From positions 33,046,001 through 33,110,000 of the forward strand of contig OZ249442.1 in the NCBI GenBank assembly GCA_965235115.1: a stretch of 64,000 bases of DNA, given 5' to 3'. The number at the start of each line of letters is the position of its first letter. Position 1 is the stretch's first letter. The translations under genes were made by a program, and so were the position numbers. Of this stretch, positions 53,027 to 63,075 are shown piece by piece. Source of the DNA: Laetmonice hystrix (Eukaryota). A model generated the notes under the pieces. The model was not told where the DNA came from and did no database searches. It saw only the letters and a program-made list of their open reading frames with translations.

Positions 53027-53422
53027 AATATTGATCTGAATTTGTCAGTAGGCCCCTATAATATGGTGCTAATCTGCCAATAGAGCCCCCCCCCCGCCCC
53101 TATTGCATAATCCTGGATGTAGCCCCCCCCCCCCCCAGTTATAAAATCCCGGATGTAGCCCCCCAGTAGCAAAATCCTGGATTCGCCCCTGTAGCACCTC
53201 TCCCCTCCATCCTTCCAACATCCATTCCACCCCTCTTGACAATCAAGAATAATAATTGTATTTTATAGACATTCACCACATGTAATTTTTCAGCACATAA
53301 AACATTATTAGGCCTATATTTGTAACCATGAACAGGAAAAAAATTTTCAACTTTAATACAATATCTTTCAGGAAGATGCACGGCGGACAGAAAACTGGTC
53401 ACTTGAAGACACCAAAGTACTT

Positions 53423-53562
53423 TTACAGTCGACTTGCCTCATCTGCCATGAATTTAGTAAAGGAATCCACAGCGCGACAAACTGTCGAGGCATTACTCCT
53501 TGTGTGTCCCCGACAACGGTGTACACTGAGCCACTTGACAGGAAGCGCAGGACAAAACAAAC
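53423..53562 (-). pseudogene. Harbinger transposase remnant, exon 2 (HTH region; frameshift and stop)
   Basis: After acceptor tatgtttAG it reads VCFVLRFLSSGSVYTVVGDTQGV, frameshift, NASTVCRAVDSFTKFMADEASRL, stop. This matches the Harbinger motif V..LRFLA.G..Y..VGD..GV..STV.R.V (compare HARBI1 [32 protein letters not shown]). I found no DDE catalytic exons. Confidence 0.78.
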
Positions 53563-54530
53563 CTAAACATAAGAATAACTCGAAAATATGGAAATGTCTT
53601 TCAAAAGGAGTTTAACCAGGATTTCCACATATTTAGCAAACCAATTTTCCAGGAGTTTTCCAGGATATTCCAGGATAAAAAAAAAACTTTTTCCAGGACG
53701 TCACGGGGTTTTACATTATCCTTCATTTTATTCTAAATGCATGACCTTAAATATACATGTTGTATATTTTTTATTTATTTATTTTTTTTTAATTTCCTTT
53801 ATTTATCCTGGCTCGACGTCAGCGTTACCGCTGGTTTACATCGTCTGCCAGCTTACATAATGGTCGATCATCTAGAGATATTATAAATCATAAATATGCA
53901 GTCACTGCGGTATATAATGTGTACGTGCAAGTCAACAGCTTAAATCAATCTCATGCTATAAATAAGGTTCATTTATTGCAATAAACCTATACAGGGGCCA
54001 ATTACCATGGTACTTTTAAAACCTTGTGTTCAGCCTTTATTTCAAAGTACGTCGGGGTGTGTGTGTGTGTGTGGGGGGGGGGGGGTCAGCCGCGGCGGAA
54101 GCATTTTTGGATTGGGAGAGGGGCTATGCCTGCTTTAACAGCATGCATTTGAGGCGAGGGTCCAGGGGCCAACTAGAGGATTACGCCTCGGCCGCCAAAT
54201 TATTGGGTGCTCAGCCCTCTGCTTCGCCGCACCTGCGTGACTGTCTTGTCCATAATGTTATAACAGTCCATTATAATATACCGTATGCCTTAGTCCTTTT
54301 GGGATATAAACTAGGCCTAGACTTCTTTGTAGGTTATTTGGACCTTTCCTTCTTGAAGCCGTGTAAACGCTGTGCAAGATTTCTGTTCCTGTCGGAGATC
54401 TTCATTATAACATTTTACTCTGGACTATAGCATATAGGTTAAAATGTAGGCCTAATCCTTGGAGGGTGTAATATTAGACAACCACGTTAAGCATATATCA
54501 CTCCAAAGTCTTTGTACGTTCAACACCTAC

Positions 54531-54752
54531 CCTATCGACATGTGTCAGTTTTCCACTCCGGCCACTTCCCCCTGTTGCGAACTCGGAAGCAGCAAGAGCG
54601 ATAACGCTATCGCGACTAGTCGAAATCGACGCCGAAACTTTCTCTCGTCGGTAAAACCGATCTGTGGTAAAACGTGCGATCGGACTGATCCGAAGGAAAT
54701 ATACCTTCTTACGACGACGACGATGGTGGCGATCATTATGCCTACCGTCCAT
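54531..54752 (-). pseudogene. Harbinger transposase remnant, exon 1 (frameshifted)
   Basis: MDGRHNDRHHRRRRKKVYFLRISP, then FTDERKFRRRFRL, then SRDSVIALAASEF...GRSGKLTHVDR across two frameshifts, ending at donor GTAGGT (54530-54525, phase 0). Resembles the RRR..D.EF..RFRLSR N-terminus of Harbinger/HARBI1 transposases. Confidence 0.6.
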
Positions 54753-56139
54753 TCTGACACCTTGGAATCAGTACTTCTACCCTTTTCATCCTTTCTAGTC
54801 TGTTACATCTACGTTAAACCACACCCTCAGCTTTTCAAACTAATTTCAGTAACTTACGAAGCCCATGGAAACCCTCGTAAGTTATTGTACCCTTTCCCCA
54901 GCAATTACGAGGAGGTTACTGTTTATGCAACACAATCGAAGATACGACAGAATTGTCCCAGGAAGATATTGCATTAGTTAAGTTATTTAGTTTTTATGCA
55001 ACGTAAACTATATATGTACATACTTATGTACAACTTACGAACGTCGTAAGTACATCGCATCTTTATGCAACGGGCCCAATGACTGTTTGAACTCAATTGC
55101 ATTTCGTTGCTTTGTGCGTGCTAAGTAGGTACGGGAAGGGTGGCGCTTATGGACAGTGGGACGGGAGGCTCACGGGTCTCTCTGATGTTATCATGTGAAA
55201 AGCCGATTACCATTCAATCAATGTAGCAAACTTACACAATCTTGGCAGCATGTGGAATTAGTTTGCGGAAGCAAAGAGAACCCATCGCATCTCTGACGGG
55301 AGGCGGTTCCCGTGAGGACTATCTCTATTTGCTGGCGGGGTCTCGAGGGGTTTGGGCCGATGGATCCAGATCCCGGGGCACCGCCCTGCTTTAAAACAAC
55401 ATGAAGAACCGCGGTGGTTCCATGTTTAGACAGGGCCGCTTCACAACCCCCCACTCCTATTTGCACATCAAGGCCGTGTTCACGTCGCCAGGGACGGGCT
55501 TACGGGGCTCCCTCTAGTGGAGGATTGTGGCGGCAGCATTAAAGTTTCTCGTTGGGGGACACCCAGTTCCACAAACCGCCCCCCTCCTTTCAGCCCGCTC
55601 CCCCCCCCCCCCCCCCGTGGATGACGTAGCATACACAATCCGACAAACTCCCTCAGATCACAGCCCCCCCCCCCCCCTTACCTTCCCGCACCACAAACAC
55701 ACACCAGTCGGCCTACATCATCGAGTCATTACGAGCCTAAGGGGCTGAGAACATCACAAAGCAATACTCCCTCGCCATCCTCACCTCACAGGGGGCTGGG
55801 GGGGGCTTATCCCCAGAGTTTTTCAATCGATACCCCCCCCCCCCTCCAGATCCCCCACCCCCTGATTTCCACCATCAAATCCCCTCTTGAATTTCAATGA
55901 AAGTAGCCTTACCTCAGGCTCCCACCCCACCCCACCCCGATCTCCTCCCATTTCAACTTCCGGCGGGCTGTCGTCTGCTACTCTGTCGTCATCCAACCTC
56001 TCTGCCGGGCCCGGTTTCAGAAAATATCCATGAAAATCTATGTAGAAAGTTGAAGTGTCTGTGTCCTCGTGGGCCACCGTAGCCCTGCCGAACTTAAAGT
56101 TTGCTGCTTAGAGCCTTTCTGAAACCGGGGCCAGATCAT

Positions 56140-56520
56140 CTCAGCGTGCTCAAAACTTACCTTCCCACTCTCAAATTTTCCTATTTCACAGTTTTCGTGG
56201 GTCTAATCTTCCTCATTGTATATCTCACTTCCTTTTGGAAAAGTCTTGTCGTCTGTCCTTCCTCATTATATCGATCACTTTCCTAATTCACCGTCTTCAT
56301 GTCTACCCTTCCCCATTATATATCTCACTTTCTTTTGCGACAGTCTCGTCATCTGTCCTTCTTCATTATATTCCACTTTCCTATTTCACAGTCTTCGTGT
56401 CTAACCTTCATCATTGTATCTCTGACTTTCATTTCGTAATAGTCTTGCCATCTGTATTTCCTCATTATATCCCACTTTCCTATTTCAGTCTTCATGTCAA
56501 GCCTTCCTCATTATTTTCGC
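56140..56520 (+). repeat. Old degenerate CT-rich tandem repeat (about 55-60-bp unit)
   Basis: Recurrent CTTCCTCATTATAT[C/T]CACTTTCCTATTTCACAGTCTTCGT motif, about 6 diverged copies. Confidence 0.7.
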
Positions 56521-58944
56521 TGTCTTCACACCTCACCATCCTCAATACTATCACAATACTTCCTTTATATCACAACCCTGTTAGCTGATGCAAGTTTCAA
56601 ATCGTGACAAGATTCCTCATGTGACAGGAACAACATGTTTTTCATGCCACCTTTACTCTGAATCCCGCCGAATTCTCAATTTAGTAACCTTGCAGTAACA
56701 ATACCTCCTGGGACATCAAGCCCTCCAAACAAAAGGAGAAATTTGGCTCCAAAAAGAGATAGCCCAAGTGTAAATTTATGTAATACAATACAAAAGATTG
56801 TGTGAGAAATAAGATTTATGGATGTTTGTGGCCGAGTAACCGGTCAGACTTTCTGAGGATCAGAGCTCTGGAGCTAGGAGGAAGGGGTGGGGGTGGGGGT
56901 GGGGTAATGTGGAGATATTCTGTCTACATAATTACAACACGTTCCATAAACCTACAAGAATACTCATAATACCCACTGAGCCTGGATAGAAATCACATTG
57001 CAGTTGCAAACATTGCAAACAATGCAGATTCAAGAAATCTGCAACCATGTGCCAAACTCTACAACCGTTTTGTGTGTCACTCGGCTTGGAAGAGTGGCCC
57101 TGGAGAGTGATTTGGGAAAGTGGCTAATTGGGTCACTGACAATTTTCGATCTTTTGTCATTTAGACTTTTATCATCTAACACGTCAATAGCTACAGAAAC
57201 ACATGTTTATTATAAAGACCTTGTTAGTTCACATAATAATAAATAATAGTGAACCATGAATGACGAGTCTATACAAAACACAGAATACTGGTACATACAT
57301 TGTATTTCTGTTGGTACTCCTTCAACAGAAACAAACTGCTGACGGTCTGCCTCGACCAGGGCAAACACTTGAGCAGACTGGAAAAATTATCTGATCTATC
57401 CATTACCAAGGTTATACCTAGAATCGAATTATTTTATTTTCCATGAAAATGACATGATTCCACCACGTTTTTACACCTGTAGGTCTATATGAGGCTCCAG
57501 GCACAAGTTTTGAGACACACACCTGAGGCATACGTCTCCCTAAATTAAATGTCCTCAGGTAAGTTCGGTTGACAACCCCTTCAACTTTAGCTATAGGCCT
57601 ACTAGGCGTTTTCCTGGGGAGAGGGGGGGGGGGGTCCGAAAGATGCGAGCCGCTGGGGGAGGGGGCAATAGTCTGGGACCCTTCCCCGATAACACTGCAA
57701 AATCCTAAGTTGGTCCCGAGCAGGGGGGTCCGGACCCCCTGGACCCCCCCCCCCCCCCCCGATCCTAGCGGGCACGCGGCAGTGGCAAGGTAGGCCTATG
57801 GACGGTGGATAAGTGACACTGCATTGAAGTTTATTCTGATTCCTGGTATAGGGCCTCATGTTGAACTAACGTAGGCCTATTAACAACGTCAGATTCTGAC
57901 GTCATATGCGACGTCTATTCAACCAATTTTGGACACACTTGCATAGGATACCTGACTTTTACAATTTACCAGAAATCACTCACCACCAACTTACGGTGTA
58001 GGCCTACCAGAACAGAACAATATTGAGTTTTTCATTGGGTCTAAATAATTTTCTGTAGGCCTAATTAGGCCTATAGGGGGGCTAAATAGACATGTAAATA
58101 ACATGGCATGAATTCATGGAAATGATGATGCCTCTTAAATAATAACAGAGCATTGGGGTGTTTATAGACTGACCCCATAAGTTGCTTATAATTTCATACA
58201 GAATCATCAAAAGACCAAAAGTCAAAGTTCAGTTCCCGTGGTTGTCGAGTCGCTTGGCTTATACGAGTTCTGACGGGGCAACAACTACCACAGCACATGG
58301 AAAACACTAACGTTGTAAATGCAGTCACACACCACTCAGGCCTACCTGCTCAACCATACCTTCTAATTAGACGTCTCGTTTAGGGCAACTACATAGCAAT
58401 CATTAACAAACTTGCCACGGGAATACATGTGCATAAAGGTCCTCCTGTCACTGCCATGACAACCGTGCCCAGGCAGGACGCTTGGCATGGCAGTCAGCAC
58501 GGCCCGACATAATACCACCACTGTCTCATAGAGGGCGCTCTCAGTCGTCAGTGAGATACAGTTCCGATATACTACGACCGTACACCCGCGTCCGCCCGGC
58601 AGTCTCCGGGAGACAGCCCGACATGTGTCTGACATGACAGCAGCCGGCGTAAGCGATTGCTTGGACAGCTGTCTGACAGGCCACGTAGTGATGCCTGAAA
58701 CTGGGATCAACTCATTTCAGGACGTTATGCCCTGCCTCCCTCCCGCTCCGCTGAATCCACTTTGACCTCAGGCTGTGACATGCTGAGCATCAATCAATGC
58801 CTAGGCCTATACACACCCGTCAGGTCAACCTGTCCCTTCTAAGTAGACATAAACTGGCAATCTTCGATAACTTAGATCTAATCTGATGTCACGAACTTCT
58901 GTCCCTCTTACTGTTGAGTGTACCCAGAGTGGTTGAAGACTTAC

Positions 58945-58984
58945 GTTTGAGAGCCCGTGGTTTGGCCTGCTTCCTTCGGGACAT
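58945..58984 (-). CDS. ZNF423/ZNF521: ZNF423/ZNF521-like zinc finger protein, coding exon 1 (MSRRKQAKPRALK+C)
   Basis: ATG at 58984 gives MSRRKQAKPRALK, matching the ZNF521/ZNF423 N-terminus (MSRRKQAKPRS[LV]K), the RRKQxxP NuRD/RBBP4-binding motif. It is followed by a GTAAGT donor at 58944-58939, phase 1. Confidence 0.93.
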
Positions 58985-59149
58985 GACTCCTCCACCAGCG
59001 AACGGTGTGCTTGTCTCCAGGGTCGAGGCGTGGCGCTGACGGCCCGGGCTTGCTGGAGTCGGAGGCCGGTAGGGTCCCGGCTCCACGGCCGTAGTACCGT
59101 ATACAGGAGGGGATTACGAACTCCACGAGATGGGTTGATAAATCTCCAG

Positions 59150-59760
59150 GGTAAGTGAATGAATGCGTGAGCGAAGACAGCGAGTGGGGACACGCACTCT
59201 CAGTGGTGGCTGCTAATAGCAGGCGGTAGTTCGTGGTTAGTTCCCGGGCGTGGCAGCAGTTCTGTGAGAAACCACGAGGCTAGGACACGCCAACTGCCCG
59301 GGTGAGGGGCCACGGCGGCCGGGTGACGCCTACCGGGCTATGGGCGACTGCCGACCGTTGGGAGCGTCACTATACACCCCCGGTCCTCCAACGACGCAAC
59401 CTCTGCTCGCTCTCTACAGCCAAACCTCACGGGCGGCCTCCCCGATGAACTATGCGGGGCGTCACCGGGTTTTCATTCGCCTGCAAACCAAGACACGGCA
59501 TGGGGTCCCTGCTACGTCACAGAATGAATATTGAATCGCATCCGCTACAACCCCCTGGGGTGTGCGAGGCTCTCCCCGCCACCGCCCGCCTCCCCGCCTC
59601 TCCCCGCGAGCCTCGGCCGCCGCGCACAGTCGGAGGCGGTCCGCCTGCCGCGGTTTGTATTACCCGCCGGGTGCGAGGGGGGAGGCCCACGCACTCACAC
59701 GTCGACTGTTGTTAAGCACGCCGCCTCCCGGGCTAGGCGGAGTCAGTGAGACAGTGGTAT
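59150..59760 (-). promoter_or_regulatory. Probable GC/CpG-rich promoter of the ZNF423/521-like gene
   Basis: CpG-dense stretch just upstream of exon 1 with repeated GC-box-like CCGCCT/CCCCGC motifs (about 59580-59610). An Inr-like TCATTC lies on the minus strand at 59157-59162. The TSS cannot be determined from sequence. Confidence 0.5.
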
Positions 59761-61178
59761 AGTTTAGTCTCCTCACAGCCGTCAAGGTAGGGCCTACACA
59801 AGACGCTAACGTCATGCCTTGCGCGTGTCTCCAGCGACCAACTCCTGTCCACTATGAGGAGTTGACCGCAGATTGTCAAGTGGCCGGTCGAGCTACACCC
59901 TGGGCGACCCGTTCGGCCGCCGCATAATTGTGTGTTATTCGGACCGACTCCCACGGGAGTACGGGAGGCCCCGGCGGGGGGCCGATCAATCATGCCGCGC
60001 ACTCCATTTTGTAAACACAGCTCTCACTAACTATTATAGCCAGGATGGATCCGAACGCGGAATAGGACACAATTAATGGTGCCGTCTGCTATAATGAGGG
60101 AAAAGCATCAGTTTTGTAATTTTTGTATCACATTGAAAAATGTGTGCATGAACAATAGCAGACATGTATGTATCCGGCCTATAGGCCTAGGTCTTGAATA
60201 AGTCTAACTCTCAGACATCTATAGATCTAGTGGCTAAATACTAGGCGGCTTAGAAATCTACGTAAAAAAGTCCGGATAGAAATGCAAGTTTTTGGTAGTC
60301 ATAATTAGCCTAATAGGGCTAACCCAACATTAGGCCTACATTTTTCAAAGCACTAATCAACAAACTCATTTTGATACAAAACATTACTCCGTCATTCCAA
60401 TTCGAAAGGTTTTACCATGGCCGCCTTATATACTGCAGTTCATTTAGATTATTAATATGTCTAATTAGGTCAAATATGCCTTGGTTACTTTGAACCTGCT
60501 AAATTAAGGTTAATCCCATTCCGTCCCGTTCTGTTAAATAAACAAAAACACAGCCATGTGCGCGCTTCAAAATTCCCGGGCCAGGGGGCGCCACTGGATG
60601 GAGGACATTGCCTGACTGGTCCCCTGCTCACTCCTCTCGTCCCTCGGAGATTGAGACAGGTACACACCAAGCACAACGGGCAGACTTCTGCCCGTTTGGG
60701 AGTTGTGACGTCAAAAAAAAAAAGACAACCGGAACGACAGATCGCTTAGCAACAGGCCGTACGACACGACCATGGTGATATTGTCACGTCACAAACAGTA
60801 GACGTAGAAAAAACAATTTGGCATCGGTGTGCGCCAATGAGAGCGAGTCGCTCTTCGGCCAATGGAATGGGCTAGTTTACGTGCTGCTATAGGCCTATGT
60901 ACCTGTCTCTATCTCCGATAGGAGTTCACGGGGAACTAGTCAGGGAAATTGCCGGCTTAGGAATATTGTAATTCCCTGACTAAACGCAAGAGGGCGATTG
61001 TGTACATGCAGATCACCAGAGGGCTCTGCAGGGCCCTTGGTATAATTATCACACCCGGAATGTTATCATTTATTGAACCAGTCATAGATGTTCGGCCTAT
61101 CGATCACGTAATATGTCCCAAACCTGGGCTATTTTCGAGTATTTTCTCCGATCCGATGGAATTAGATTCTGCTGAAAT

Positions 61179-61194
61179 AAAAAAAATCGAAAAA
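61179..61194 (-). terminator. Pol III terminator (T5 and T8 runs) of tRNA-Tyr
   Basis: On the minus strand, TTTTT (61194-61190) and T8 (61186-61179) begin about 10 nt after the tRNA 3' end. Confidence 0.8.
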
Positions 61195-61203
61195 GTTTGT
61201 GTA

Positions 61204-61295
61204 TCCCGCGAACCGGAGTCGAACCGGTGACCTAAGGATTACAGCTTTTCATGACCTACTACAGTCCTCCGCTCTACCAACTGAGCTATCACGGG
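61204..61295 (-). tRNA. tRNA-Tyr-GTA: tRNA-Tyr(GTA) with 19-nt intron (61240-61258)
   Basis: Complete cloverleaf: acceptor CCCGTGA/TCGCGGG plus A73, D arm GCTC-AGTTGGTA-GAGC, anticodon arm GAGGA-CT-GTA-G[intron]A-TCCTT, T arm ACCGG-TTCGACT-CCGGT. The intron is at the canonical 37/38 position and the mature length is 73 nt. Confidence 0.96.
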
Positions 61296-62559
61296 TTCAC
61301 CTATTTTCTACTTGTTGGAGGCGGAATATAAAGGTTACTAATGCATATCGACCCGATTGGGTATGTCACGCCTAGGGAATCCCGAATGGGTCTGTCAAAC
61401 ATGCAGACCAACTTGAGACCAACTTGGGACCGGTCCCATGTTTCAGCCAATCGCTGCCATGGGCCGTCCCATGTTTCCCCTCAACTTGAGACTCGGGGTC
61501 CCATGTTTGGGACAAGTTGTCGAATGAAATTACGCCAATCAGAAGAGGGCTATCGAAGAAGCGACAGACGAGCCCGTAGACTGGCCGGCCCGACTCTGCG
61601 CCATCGGTCGGCTGTTTCAGATCAAGGCCACCAGATGTCGCCCCAATCTTACCCTCGGAATTTTCACATTTTTTCAATGAAAAATCGAGTTGCGCAATAT
61701 GTAGAAATGTTTTACCACTATCATTTAGAGATGGATGCTAGTCTAACCAGCCCGGGGATCTTAGCGCTATCGCGGGCTCACCTGTTCTCGACTGGTTGGA
61801 GGCGGACTATTTATAAGTTAGGCTAAACGTTACCAAGCAATGCGCAATTTATTAATGATGCGACTGTCACTGCAGGGGCAGAAGTTTGTCGGTATGGTCC
61901 AGCAGCAGATAAATTGGTCAGGAGGTCAGGCCGGGACTTGACCAGCCATAGCCTGTCTAGATATTGTCTGAAATGGCTGACCGGTTTCTGATGTAGCCCT
62001 AGATCTATGCCGCCATGGGTTTGGGGGAAATTAGGCCAATATCTAGTCTTTCAGATCCAGGCATTAAAAAGCCATGAATCCGGAAAAATTCTCATAACAC
62101 TTATATTTATAAATTCCCATATATCACTGACTGTAGGTCTAGATCTATGTCTATAGATCTATTAAGGTCTTGGGAGATTTGACCAAAGGTCCCCAGGCCA
62201 ATTTGTTTGACGAACCGTGTTAATAGCAAAATTATATAAATATATTAGGGGCCAAGTTTAGGCTACATGATAGAGTCTAGGTAATAGGGACTGTAAGCAA
62301 GGATTATAGAGAGTACTCTCTATAATCCTTGCTGTAATAGTCGGGTAGCCAACCCAGGTAACCCGGAAATTTTTAGACCCGCAAGAGATTATGATTGATT
62401 TGTGTCCACATAGGCTCTGTGAAGATTTTCAGCTTTGTTGGCAGAAGTTGGCTGTTGAGGAATTTTTTTTATAAGCTAATTTGCATAAATTAGCATAATT
62501 AATAACAAATCGGCATAAGCTCAGGTAACTTGAAAACCATTTGGCCTAGAATCATATGT

Positions 62560-62880
62560 AATAGCACCTTTCCACACAATATCAACACGGGGAATCCATT
62601 TTTGACATTTGTTTTGTGACTCAAGGTCAAGGTCAAGGTCAAATATCAAGGTCAAGGCCAAAAATGGCAAAAAAACTGGGGTTTCCAGGACAGTTGGCCT
62701 AAAATCACATTTAATAGAGTGTTTCCTTACAATATAGAGGCAGGCAATCCAATTGTGGCATACGTCTTGTGAGTCGACATTAAAGTTAAGGTCAAATGTC
62801 AAGGTCAAGGCCACAAATGGCCCAAAACTGGGATATTGTGAGAGGCTCGTCAAAGTCAAAGGTCAATTTCTAGGACAAAT
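62560..62880. repeat. Probable interspersed repeat rich in GGTCAAGGTCAA with an internal duplication
   Basis: Two similar blocks (about 62620-62690 and 62780-62870) built from AAGGTC/GGTCAA repeats followed by GGCCA.AAATGGC..AAAACTGGG. The family was not identified. Confidence 0.45.
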
Positions 62881-63075
62881 TTGTGGGTTACAACGTACTG
62901 ATCATTTATTGAATAACAGAAAGTTAACTACAGTACAGATATCATGAAATATCAGTACATTTGACATCACCATCTTCATCGCCATCCTCACAATAATCCT
63001 CACGTTACTCGTTAAGCATCACATTAATCCTCATAATAATCACGTTAATCACCATGTTACTCGTTAAGCATCACA

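Larger units (their letters stand above)
51308..55077 (-). mobile_element. Decayed PIF/Harbinger DNA transposon, 3770 bp, in intron 1
   Basis: 16-bp TIRs GGGGCCGTTGCATAAA (51308-51323) and TTTATGCAACGGGCCC (55062-55077), one mismatch, with a 3-bp TSD AAT on both sides. Subterminal TTACGA/TCGTAA and TTTATGCAAC motifs recur at both ends. It contains Harbinger transposase remnants. Confidence 0.85.
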
